Assembly: GCA_016204385.1 (NCBI GenBank)
Contig: JACQKW010000015.1
Location: 29,882-93,881, forward strand
Direction of reading: 5' to 3'
DNA: 64,000 nucleotides
Origin: Candidatus Liptonbacteria bacterium
GTDB lineage: Bacteria; Patescibacteriota; Minisyncoccia; UBA6257; 2-01-FULL-56-20
A program made the translations under genes and the position numbers. Positions 23,081 through 31,078 of the stretch are shown piece by piece. The notes beneath the pieces were generated by a model. That model had not been told where the DNA came from. It did not search any database and worked only from the letters and a program-made list of their open reading frames with translations. Within the stretch, counting starts at the first letter, position 1. Each line of letters begins with the position of its first letter.

Positions 23081-25045
23081 TTATATGTCAAGGTGTTTCA
23101 CGCTTCCGGCGTGCGCCTGAATGAACTGGCGCCGCGGCACGACCTCGTCTCCCATGAGGATACGGAAGAGCCGGTCGGCCTCTGCCGCATCATCCACAAC
23201 CACTTGCTTTAAGACGCGCTTCTCGTGATTCATCGTCGTCTCCCAAAGCTGTTCCGGGTTCATTTCCCCCAAGCCCTTATATCGCTGGATAAGCGGCGCG
23301 GACGCTCCTTTAAATCCCTTCACGACGCGATCCTTCTCGTGGTCGTTATATGCATAGTGCGCTTCTTTCCCCTGCTGAATGCGGTAGAGCGGCGGCTGGG
23401 CGATGTAAAGGTATCCCTGCTCGATGATTTTCGGGAAATATCGGTAGAAAAGCGTAAGAAGCAGGGTGCGGATGTGGGCGCCGTCAACGTCCGCGTCGGT
23501 CATGATGATAATTTTGTGGTAGCGGATCCCCTCGATATTAAACTCATCGGCAATGGCAGTGCCGATCGCCACGACCAGGTTCCTTATTTCCTGGTTCGCA
23601 AGCATCTTGTCGAGGCGCGCTTTTTCTACGTTCAGAATTTTACCGCGGAGCGGGAGTATCGCCTGCGTGCGGCGGTCGCGCCCCTGTTTTGCACTCCCCC
23701 CCGCACTGTCGCCTTCGACGATAAAGAGTTCCGATTCCGCGGGGCTGCGCGAGGTGCAGTCTGCGAGCTTCCCCGGAAGCGTGAGCCCGTTTAACGCGCC
23801 TTTCCGGAGCACGGTATCCTTCGCCGCCTTGGCGGCGCGGCGTGCCTTTGCGGCAAGCAATACCTTCTCGATAATCCGACGCGCTTCGTGCGGGCGTTTC
23901 TCGAAAAACTCCTTGAGCCCCTCGTTCACCACGGTTTCAACCGCAGTACGCGCCTCGGGGCTCCCGAGGCGGGCTTTGGTCTGTCCTTCAAACTGGGGCT
24001 CGCGAAGCTTTACTGACACGATGGAAAGAAGCCCTTCGCGCGCATCCTCACTCGTGAGGTTTTCGTCTTTTTCCTTGAGATACCCTTCCTGCCGCGCATA
24101 GGTGTTCAAAGACCTCGTAAGCGCCGAGCGGAATCCGGTAAGGTGCATCCCTCCGTCCGGCGTATGGATGTTGTTCGCAAAACTAAGCTCTTTTGTTTCA
24201 AGGTCGTCCACATACAGCATCGTCGCTTCCACTTCCACGTTTTCCTGTTCCTTGTGAACGTAGAACGGTTCGCCTTGAAGCAATTTTTCGCCTCTCCCGA
24301 GATGCGTTACGAACGACAAAAGCCCGCCCTCAAAATAAAAACCGTACGCGGCGGGGGGCGACGTGCGGGAATCGAAGAAATAGATTCTCACGCCTTTAGT
24401 GAGGTATGCTTGCTGCCGCAATCGCTCCAAAATGCGCTTGGCGTCGAATTCGATCTTCAAAAAAATCTGCGGGTCGGGAGAAAATATCACTTTCGTGCCG
24501 GTGTTCCTGCACGTTCCTATTTTTTTCACCTTCGCCTCCGGTTTTCCCCGCACATACTCCTGCATAGAGAGCTCGCCTCCGCGGCACACCTCAACCCTGA
24601 GCCATTCGGAGAGCGCGTTCGTGACCGAGACGCCCACGCCGTGGAGCCCGCCGGCAACTTTGTACGATTCTCCTCCAAATTTTCCTCCGGCGTGAAGCGT
24701 GGTCAGCACGGTTTCAAGCGCGGACTTCTTGGTCTGCGGATGGACGTCAACCGGAATTCCCCGGCCGTCGTCGGTCACGCTCACGCGGTTTTTGGGAAGC
24801 AACTCGACAATAATGTTCTTTGCAAACCCCGCCATCGCCTCGTCGATCGAGTTGTCCACCACCTCCCATACCAAATGATGGATGCCGTCGGGCCCCGTCG
24901 AGCCGATATACATCCCCGGCCGCTTGCGTACCGGTTCTAACCCTTCAAGAACGTAAATATCCTTCGCGTCATACGAAACGTGATTTGCGTTTGCAGGAGG
25001 AGTCCCGTGCGGCTGCAAATTCTTTTCTTTTGATTTTCTCTGCAT
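23081..25045 (-). CDS. gyrB: DNA gyrase subunit B
   Basis: YDAKDIYVLEGLEPVRKRPGMYIGST, GHKL ATPase, Toprim (EGDSAGGSAKQGRDR) and tail. The ORF track extends to 25093; ATG at 25045 is the likely start. Confidence 0.93.
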   Translation of the reverse strand: MQRKSKEKNLQPHGTPPANANHVSYDAKDIYVLEGLEPVRKRPGMYIGSTGPDGIHHLVWEVVDNSIDEAMAGFAKNIIVELLPKNRVSVTDDGRGIPVDVHPQTKKSALETVLTTLHAGGKFGGESYKVAGGLHGVGVSVTNALSEWLRVEVCRGGELSMQEYVRGKPEAKVKKIGTCRNTGTKVIFSPDPQIFLKIEFDAKRILERLRQQAYLTKGVRIYFFDSRTSPPAAYGFYFEGGLLSFVTHLGRGEKLLQGEPFYVHKEQENVEVEATMLYVDDLETKELSFANNIHTPDGGMHLTGFRSALTRSLNTYARQEGYLKEKDENLTSEDAREGLLSIVSVKLREPQFEGQTKARLGSPEARTAVETVVNEGLKEFFEKRPHEARRIIEKVLLAAKARRAAKAAKDTVLRKGALNGLTLPGKLADCTSRSPAESELFIVEGDSAGGSAKQGRDRRTQAILPLRGKILNVEKARLDKMLANQEIRNLVVAIGTAIADEFNIEGIRYHKIIIMTDADVDGAHIRTLLLTLFYRYFPKIIEQGYLYIAQPPLYRIQQGKEAHYAYNDHEKDRVVKGFKGASAPLIQRYKGLGEMNPEQLWETTMNHEKRVLKQVVVDDAAEADRLFRILMGDEVVPRRQFIQAHAGSVKHLDI

Positions 25046-25163
25046 GTACCTGCGTTGCTCAATTAAAACGGCGCCACCCTTGGCACGCCTCACCTTCTAT
25101 AATTTTAGCATGAAATCTCTTTGTTTTCAAATTCACACGGCCCAGAAACGCAGCAATGTTTCA

Positions 25164-25420
25164 AGAAAAAACCGCTGCGGTTGAGGGCAGCGGCGGACCC
25201 AGGGGGATGAGTGCAGGCACGATAAGCGATGGCTCAACTGGCGCCGTGTTCGGTAGAACTGTCTACCTACTGTTGCCTCGCGAAGAGGCGATGCGCGATT
25301 GAGGTGTCGCCGACCATGCCCTCGGGGTAGAACTACCGGTGAGTGGTACCCTCTCTTGCCCTGTTTTTCACAAGGCCCTCCCTTGGGGAGAAGACGGGTT
25401 TCGCCGAGTAGCCACTAACT
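25164..25420 (-). ncRNA. Candidate structured ncRNA of about 250 nt, unknown class
   Basis: No credible ORF. Putative promoter TTGTAA-N16-TATACT (25424-25451), several GC hairpins including two related GGTAG..TTCTACC hairpins, and an intrinsic terminator CCGCTGC-N9-GCAGCGG-TTTTTT (25164-25194). Confidence 0.35.
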
Positions 25421-25498
25421 ATAAGTATACGCTAAAATGGACGCCTTACAACCGCGAGTTGTGGAAAACTCGGAAATAACAGCGGAAATTCGAGTAAA

Positions 25499-25562
25499 CC
25501 TCCACACCTAATTGAGATCACAGAGGGTTGTGAGGTTTTACAATCTCAATTAGGTGTGGGGG
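25499..25562. mobile_element. MITE-like palindromic element (CCCCCACACC family), copy 1
   Basis: 20-bp terminal inverted repeats cctccacacctaattgagat/atctcaattaggtgtggggg with a 24-nt centre. Flanked by TAAA on both sides (25495-25498 and 25563-25566). Confidence 0.5.
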
Positions 25563-25704
25563 TAAAGTATGGCCTTAAATTCTTGCGCAATGCCAGTTTC
25601 TTGATATGGTCCAGGTTATTTCCCAACTGGCGGTGAGGGTGGGCGCTTCGCTATTCGAACGCGTTCGCTGCGCTCACTTTTAAAAACCTCTCGGTTTTTA
25701 ACTC

Positions 25705-25727
25705 GTCCCGCCTCGGCGGGACTTTTT
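25705..25727 (+). terminator. Plus-strand intrinsic-terminator-like hairpin with no obvious gene
   Basis: gtcccgcc-tc-ggcgggac, followed by ttttt. Confidence 0.4.
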
Positions 25728-25826
25728 CCTACACTGGAAACTCCCGTTTCCCGACCCCTTCCCGTTCGAATCCCACATCTATAAGATGGTTTTTGTAACG
25801 CCAACAGGCGTCCCAAAAACCATTTG

Positions 25827-25915
25827 CGGAGGCGAGAGGATTCGAACCTCTGTGGCGTTTTTTAGACGCCGACGGTTTAGCAAACCGTTGCCTTAAACCA
25901 CTCGGCCACGCCTCC
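25827..25915 (-). tRNA. tRNA-Ser (anticodon GCU)
   Basis: Minus strand GGAGGCGTGGCCGAGTGG...ACGGT-TTGCTAA-ACCGT, a long variable arm, then GGTTCGAATCC...CGCCTCCG. CCA is not encoded. Confidence 0.9.
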
Positions 25916-26041
25916 TTTACTAAAATAGGGTAACGAATCAGCCCGACGGAATCAAGCGGAGTGCATAACCCGCGTTGACACATGAGTGCCCGGGACGTAG
26001 AGTAAAAATAGAAGTCCTTCCCAACCGAATCGGAGGTGCCG

Positions 26042-26197
26042 ATGACCAAAAAGGAAGCGGTAAAGAAAATCATGGAGGGGACGTCGAGGCAGGTGAAATT
26101 GCCTCCCGTCCGCCCTCACGGCATACCGCTTACCAAGGAAATCGCACTCGCCGCCGCGGCATCGCGCCGCAGAAACGGCAACCCCCTCAAGCGCTAA
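26042..26197 (+). CDS. Hypothetical small basic protein (51 aa), not in the ORF track
   Basis: MTKKEAVKKIMEGTSRQVKLPPVRPHGIPLTKEIALAAAASRRRNGNPLKR. SD GGAGGTG 5 nt upstream, TTGACA-N17-TAGAGT promoter upstream, and its own terminator downstream. Confidence 0.5.
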   Translation: MTKKEAVKKIMEGTSRQVKLPPVRPHGIPLTKEIALAAAASRRRNGNPLKR

Positions 26198-26225
26198 GCA
26201 ATCGAATCCACGAATTTTTTCTCGG

Positions 26226-26257
26226 CATCCTGCCCATCATCGGCAGGATGTTTTTTT
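26226..26257 (+). terminator. Rho-independent terminator
   Basis: catcctgcc-N7-ggcaggatg, followed by ttttttt. Confidence 0.7.
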
Positions 26258-26340
26258 AACCCCAAACCAAACCGAGCGTGACGCTCTTCGCGCTGCCGCG
26301 TGGAGCAAAGCAAATAAGTACTCGGTTTGGCACAGGGGTT
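26258..26340 (+). other. Long hairpin H1 upstream of infB
   Basis: ccaaaccgag/ctcggtttgg stem plus an outer cccc/gggg pairing, followed by ttttgac. Confidence 0.4.
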
Positions 26341-26344
26341 TTGA

Positions 26345-26485
26345 CCCCGCACCGAGCCGAGCACTGCAAGACCCTCACGTTTTCTTTTGGATGACGCCGT
26401 CTATTCACAAGCGATGAATTTTAAGCAAAAGCAGCGGCTGTCACAAGGTCTTGAGAAAAGCAAAGTGCTCGGTCTGGTGACGGGG
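26345..26485 (+). other. Long irregular hairpin H2 (related arms to H1) upstream of infB
   Basis: ccgagcact/agtgctcgg, caagacc/ggtcttg and ccccg/cgggg pairings. G.U pairs work only on the plus-strand RNA. Followed by ttttgactttt. Confidence 0.4.
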
Positions 26486-26524
26486 TTTTGACTTTTCATA
26501 TCTCAACCGCTAACGTGTAGAGAC

Positions 26525-28012
26525 ATGCAGACGGAAACTCGCGCAAAAATCGCCCGTCCGCCCGTCGTGGTGGTGATGGGTCACGTTGATCACGGAAAGA
26601 CCACACTCTTGGACTACATCCGAAAAACGACAGTCGCCGCGCGGGAAGCGGGAGGGATCACGCAGGCAGTCGGGGCCTATGAAATCGAACATAGCGTCGC
26701 CCATTCGACTGACGCTCATGGCGCACCTTCGGTGCGCAAGATCACCTTCATTGATACCCCGGGACACGAGGCGTTTTCCAAGATGCGCTCCGCCGGCGCG
26801 CATATTGCAGACCTTGCAATCCTTGTCGTCGCGGCAGACGACGGGGTAAAACCGCAAACCAAGGAAGCGATTTCCATTCTTCAAGAGACAAAAACGCCCT
26901 TTATCGTCGCGCTCAATAAACTGGACAAAAAAGAAGCGGACGTGGAGCGCGCGAAGGGCGACCTCGCGGCGAACGGCGTGCTCCTTGAAGGATACGGCGG
27001 ACAAGTGAGCTACCACGCTATCTCCTCAAAAACGGGCGAGGGAGTGAGCGATCTTCTCGATCTTATACTGCTTGCGGCGGACGTCGAGCATCTCACATAC
27101 GACGCGGGCGCGTCCGCGTCCGGTTTTATCCTCGAGGCAAGGATGGACCGCAGGCGCGGAATCGAGGTTACGGGAATCTTGACCGACGGCGCGCTCCGCG
27201 AGGGAGACGCGATCGCCACCGCGTCGGCCTCCGGAAAAGTCAAAATTCTCGAGAACTTCCTGGGGAAGCGCGTCGCGGAACTCGCGCCGTCTTCCCCCGC
27301 CATCATCATCGGGTTCGCAACGCTCCCGCGCGTCGGAGAATCATTCTCTACGGGGAAAATCAATGCGGCGTCCGCTACGGGGGCAACGGCGGCAAAACCC
27401 CCGGGTGAGCCGCGCGCGGCGACCCCGCAAGACACGGGAGGAAAAAAATTCATCTTAAAAGCGAGCGATCTTGGCTCGCTTGAAGCGCTCTCGGTGATCA
27501 TGCGGAACCTTCCGTCGGAAATTCCCCCCGCGGTCTTCGCGGAATCGGTGGGGGACGTCACGGATGGAGACGTAAAAATGGCGCAGGCAACGGATGCTTC
27601 GATTATCGGGTTCAAGGTAAAAGCGACGCAACCGGCGAGAAATCTTGCGGAGGCAAACCGCGTCCCCATCATCCTCTCAAACATCATCTACGAACTCGTG
27701 AAAAAGGTTGAGGAACTGCTCGCGGGCGCCGCAATACCCGACGCGCTGGGAATGCTCGAGGTGCTCGCGGTCTTCAACAAAGAAAAACTCTCGAAACAGG
27801 TAGTCGGCGGCCGCGTGACGCATGGCTCCTTCCGCAACAAAAGCCCGTTCGAGATCGAACGTGCCGGAGTCGTAGTCGGCAAAGGCAGGGTGACGAACCT
27901 CCAGCAGGAGAAAAAGGACACCGCGAGTGTTCCCGAGGGAAAGGAGGCGGGGCTCATGGTGGAGTGCAGTATCGCCATCGAAAAGGGCGATATACTTGTC
28001 GTGAGAAAATAA
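26525..28012 (+). CDS. infB: Translation initiation factor IF-2 (short form starting at the G domain)
   Basis: [24 protein letters not shown]...DTPGHEAF...NKLDK, followed by the C-terminal domains. Confidence 0.9.
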   Translation: MQTETRAKIARPPVVVVMGHVDHGKTTLLDYIRKTTVAAREAGGITQAVGAYEIEHSVAHSTDAHGAPSVRKITFIDTPGHEAFSKMRSAGAHIADLAILVVAADDGVKPQTKEAISILQETKTPFIVALNKLDKKEADVERAKGDLAANGVLLEGYGGQVSYHAISSKTGEGVSDLLDLILLAADVEHLTYDAGASASGFILEARMDRRRGIEVTGILTDGALREGDAIATASASGKVKILENFLGKRVAELAPSSPAIIIGFATLPRVGESFSTGKINAASATGATAAKPPGEPRAATPQDTGGKKFILKASDLGSLEALSVIMRNLPSEIPPAVFAESVGDVTDGDVKMAQATDASIIGFKVKATQPARNLAEANRVPIILSNIIYELVKKVEELLAGAAIPDALGMLEVLAVFNKEKLSKQVVGGRVTHGSFRNKSPFEIERAGVVVGKGRVTNLQQEKKDTASVPEGKEAGLMVECSIAIEKGDILVVRK

Positions 28013-28100
28013 TTCGAATACAACGAATACCGGTACGAATGATACGAAAATATTTTCGCAGCATTCGTGATAACATTCGCAGAATTCGCATTATAATCAC

Positions 28101-28457
28101 ATGAATTACCGGCCCCTTCGCGTCGGAAAACTCATTCGCGAAGAACTTAACAAACTCATTCAGAGGGAGGTTGAAATTTCCGGCGCGCTTGCGACCATCA
28201 CCGACGTCGCGATTGACAAAAAGCTCGAACGGGCGCGGGTATATGTAAGCGTGCTCCCGATGGAAAAATCGGCGGGCGCGCTCGACCTATTCAAGAAATC
28301 AGAGGGTCGCCTGCAATACCTCCTCGGAAGAAAGCTCAACATCAAGCCGATGCCGCACATTGAATTTGTGCCCGATCGCGGCCCGGAGCATGCGGCAGAG
28401 GTTGAAAAAATTCTTATAAAAGACCAGAATAACGAGAGCGGCCACGTGGCGAAGTAG
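28101..28457 (+). CDS. rbfA: Ribosome-binding factor A
   Basis: 118 aa. RVGKLIREELNKLIQREV...ITDVAIDKKLERARVYVS, with infB-rbfA synteny. The 3' end overlaps tRNA-Cys by 18 nt. Confidence 0.85.
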   Translation: MNYRPLRVGKLIREELNKLIQREVEISGALATITDVAIDKKLERARVYVSVLPMEKSAGALDLFKKSEGRLQYLLGRKLNIKPMPHIEFVPDRGPEHAAEVEKILIKDQNNESGHVAK

Positions 28458-28512
28458 CTAACGCGACGGTCTGCAAAACCGTTATACATGGGTGCAATTC
28501 CCATCGTGGCCT
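28440..28512 (+). tRNA. tRNA-Cys (anticodon GCA)
   Basis: GGCCACG...ACGGT-CTGCAAA-ACCGT...CGTGGCC with discriminator U. CCA is not encoded. Confidence 0.85.
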
Positions 28513-28607
28513 CAACGAATTTTTCTGAAAGTCACAACGCTTTCGAATTGGAAGACGCGCTATTAGGCATATTGATTTTTCGTCTACCATATGATATGAT
28601 AAGGTTG

Positions 28608-29096
28608 ATGCGAAAAAGATCGTGGACGGAAACACAATTAAAAAAAGCTGTCGAGAACTCGTTCAGCTTTCGGCAGGTTTTAGCAAAACTTAATCTCCGT
28701 GAGGCGGGTGGAAATTATGAGCAAGTAAAAAAATACATCAAGGAGTTTGAAATAGATATGAAACATTTTAAGGGCCGAGCCTGGAACGCTGGTATGCGTG
28801 GCATAGGGAAACCAATTATCCCTCTCGAAAAAATCCTGGTAAAAGACAATTACTTTCAAAGTTTTAAGCTAAAGAAAAGGTTATTTGCAGCCGGAATGAA
28901 GCCGCGTTATTGTGAAGAATGCGGCTGGGCAAAGTCTACTAACGACGGGTATCTTCCACTCGAACTTGATCATATAAACGGAGATAGACACGATAATAGA
29001 CTGGAAAATTTAAGAGTGCTTTGTCCCAATTGCCACAGCTTAAAACCAACACACCGAGGTCGAAATAGGAAAAGATTTGTCCGGGTGGCGAAATAG
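28608..29096 (+). CDS. Free-standing HNH endonuclease
   Basis: LELDHINGDRHDNRLENLRVLCPNCHS HNH motif. The ORF track starts at 28488, inside the tRNA; TTGATT-N17-TATGAT lies 7 nt before the ATG at 28608 (MRKRSW...). AT-rich relative to its neighbours. Confidence 0.8.
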   Translation: MRKRSWTETQLKKAVENSFSFRQVLAKLNLREAGGNYEQVKKYIKEFEIDMKHFKGRAWNAGMRGIGKPIIPLEKILVKDNYFQSFKLKKRLFAAGMKPRYCEECGWAKSTNDGYLPLELDHINGDRHDNRLENLRVLCPNCHSLKPTHRGRNRKRFVRVAK

Positions 29097-29168
29097 GTAA
29101 ACGCGCAACACTTAAAATGTTGTGGGCTCAAAAGGCTCTTGTCGGTTCGATTCCGACCCCGGGCACCA
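29079..29168 (+). tRNA. tRNA-Leu (anticodon UAA), CCA encoded
   Basis: GTCCGGGTGGCGAAATAGG...CAACA-CTTAAAA-TGTTG, a long variable arm, then GGTTCGATTCC...CCCGGGCACCA. Confidence 0.9.
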
Positions 29169-29259
29169 CGTAGGAAAATTGTGAGCCACACGTTGATTTC
29201 CGTCCAAATTTTTTTTAAACTTATCGCAGCACTATTAACCTTTTGAATAAGGGGGAGAT

Positions 29260-29859
29260 ATGGGCGATGGAACTGCCGTAGACATGCTCCGGGACATGGG
29301 GATGCTCCATACAGGAGGTCATTTCAGCTTGCCCGTTTCTGGGAGACATGGCACGACCCGCATCAATAAGGAGGTCATTCACCGGAACAGAATTGCGATG
29401 TTCTCGCTTGCGCGGATGATCGCAAAAGAATTCATCGCCGCGGAACCCGAAGGCGTGATCGGACCGATGAACATCGGAAAACTCATCGCTGACTGGGTGA
29501 CAGACAACCTGATACTCATGACTGGCAAGTCCGTGGAGAGCCTTGCGGCAATCAAAAAGAGCGGCGGCAGGGCATTTTCCCTCGACGAGCCGACGCGGAA
29601 ACTCGTGCACAAACGGCGGCTGCTCCTCGTGGACGACATCGTGAACACCGGGGAATCCGCGAGACGCACGATTGACGCGATCCTCGAATATGGCGGGAAT
29701 ATTGTGGGTTTCGGCGTCCTTTTTAACCACTGCGTGTGGAATTCTGCGCATCTCGCTGACGTGCCGAAGTTCGTTGCGCTTGCGCATGTCGAGCTTGATT
29801 CCTGGGCCCCGCCTGCATGCCCATCCTGCGCAGATGGCGTCCCCCTCAAAGAGCTCTAA
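29260..29859 (+). CDS. Phosphoribosyltransferase-family protein (PyrE-like)
   Basis: RRLLLVDDIVNTGESARR PRPP-binding motif. Confidence 0.75.
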   Translation: MGDGTAVDMLRDMGMLHTGGHFSLPVSGRHGTTRINKEVIHRNRIAMFSLARMIAKEFIAAEPEGVIGPMNIGKLIADWVTDNLILMTGKSVESLAAIKKSGGRAFSLDEPTRKLVHKRRLLLVDDIVNTGESARRTIDAILEYGGNIVGFGVLFNHCVWNSAHLADVPKFVALAHVELDSWAPPACPSCADGVPLKEL

Positions 29860-29932
29860 GAGTCGGGAATCGAGTACCCTCGATTCTTTACGCACCGCCC
29901 GCGCGCGGTGCTTTTTTTTCACGAATCAAGAT

Positions 29933-31078
29933 TTACCCAAACGTGAACGTATACGCCCGAACCCCCGGCGAAAGAATTTCAAATTCAACGGTGTGCTCTT
30001 CGTACACATCGTCTTCTATCACGCGGTAGAGCGTCTCATCTTGTACGGTAAGGTACGTTTCTCCTCCTTCTCGCTTCACGTCCGCTCCGGCTTCCACGCC
30101 GAGCGGCTTCCCATCCCGAAATATCTTTATCTTGATGGGTGTTTCCGCTCCCGCGACAAAATAGAGATCCTTCCCTTCGTAGCGAAAAATGATTTTTGCG
30201 CCGGGTTCCCTGTTCTCCGCAAATTCATCGCGGACATCCCATGATCCCGCGAGATACAGGATATTCTTCTCTGCGGTCTCCGGGGCCGAAAAACTCTGAA
30301 TTCCCCTCGTTCCCGCCGCGCCGTTTCCCAATGATGCATTCCTCGCCGCGCCGAAATAAATCTCGGGGCTCCGCGGCCTCGTAAAGTCGGTTTCGATCGT
30401 GCCTGTCGGCCTTGCGGTGTCCTTCGCGATTTCCCCCGCGAGATTCAAACGCGCTGTCCGCTCTTCGAGAAGCTCCTGAATTTTCCGCTCGGTCTCGTCG
30501 TACGCTCCTTCGCCGATGTGGTCGTAGACAATATAGCCGTCAATATCAATCAAGTACTTCCGGGGCCAGAAGCGGTTACCGTAGGCAGTCCACGTGGCGT
30601 ATTCGTTGTCCAAGACCACCGGATACCGGATGCCGGCCTTTTCCACGGCCGCTTTCACATTTTCGTATTTTTCTTCAAACGGAAACTCCGGAGTGTGGAC
30701 GCCGACGATCTCAAGTCCTTTACCTTTATATTTCTCATACCACGCATTCAGGTACGGCGTGGTGCGCTGGCAGTTGATGCAGCTGAACGTCCAAAAATCA
30801 ACGAGGATGACTTTCTTGCCGATGAGTTCGCCGATCGTAATCGGCGCGCTCGCTCGCCCCGAAGCACTTGAAGAGGCCGAGTCCGCAAGAGGAGTGTTGA
30901 TGTACCCCGCAGGGCGCACTATCTCTTTGGCGCGCGGGAGCTGTTTTTCCACCGCCGCGGAAGGAATTTCTTTCGAGCCGACATTCGCCGCGCGATCCGG
31001 TTTTAAAGATTCGAGATAGAAAATAGCCCCCGCGGTCGCCGCGAGTACAAGCACAAGGACTATCGACTTGGCTGTCAT
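29933..31078 (-). CDS. Thioredoxin-like (TlpA/DipZ-type) thiol:disulfide oxidoreductase with a C-terminal extension
   Basis: MTAKSIVLVLVLAATAG signal anchor and VILVDFWTFSCINCQRT CxxC motif. The ATG at 31078 overlaps the ccdA stop (ATGA). The longer ORF-track N-terminus is rejected. Confidence 0.8.
   Translation of the reverse strand: MTAKSIVLVLVLAATAGAIFYLESLKPDRAANVGSKEIPSAAVEKQLPRAKEIVRPAGYINTPLADSASSSASGRASAPITIGELIGKKVILVDFWTFSCINCQRTTPYLNAWYEKYKGKGLEIVGVHTPEFPFEEKYENVKAAVEKAGIRYPVVLDNEYATWTAYGNRFWPRKYLIDIDGYIVYDHIGEGAYDETERKIQELLEERTARLNLAGEIAKDTARPTGTIETDFTRPRSPEIYFGAARNASLGNGAAGTRGIQSFSAPETAEKNILYLAGSWDVRDEFAENREPGAKIIFRYEGKDLYFVAGAETPIKIKIFRDGKPLGVEAGADVKREGGETYLTVQDETLYRVIEDDVYEEHTVEFEILSPGVRAYTFTFG

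Noticed and set aside
25164-25420. Assigning the candidate ncRNA to RNase P RNA, tmRNA, SRP RNA or a known riboswitch
   Set aside because: None of the conserved cores I can recall is present: GGAAAGUCC, the tRNA-like tmRNA ends, GGAAGCAGC, the B12 box, or the TPP, FMN, glycine, ZTP and GEMM cores. It is left unclassified.
25755-25785. gttcgaatccc T-loop-like string suggesting another tRNA or the tmRNA 3' end
   Set aside because: The flanking bases cannot form a T-stem or an acceptor stem, and no cloverleaf can be drawn.
25440-25830. Replication origin upstream of gyrB (the CCACA-containing repeats resemble DnaA boxes)
   Set aside because: There are no clear TTATCCACA-type boxes, no dnaA or dnaN nearby, and no obvious AT-rich unwinding element. 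The CCACACC strings are better explained as termini of the palindromic element.
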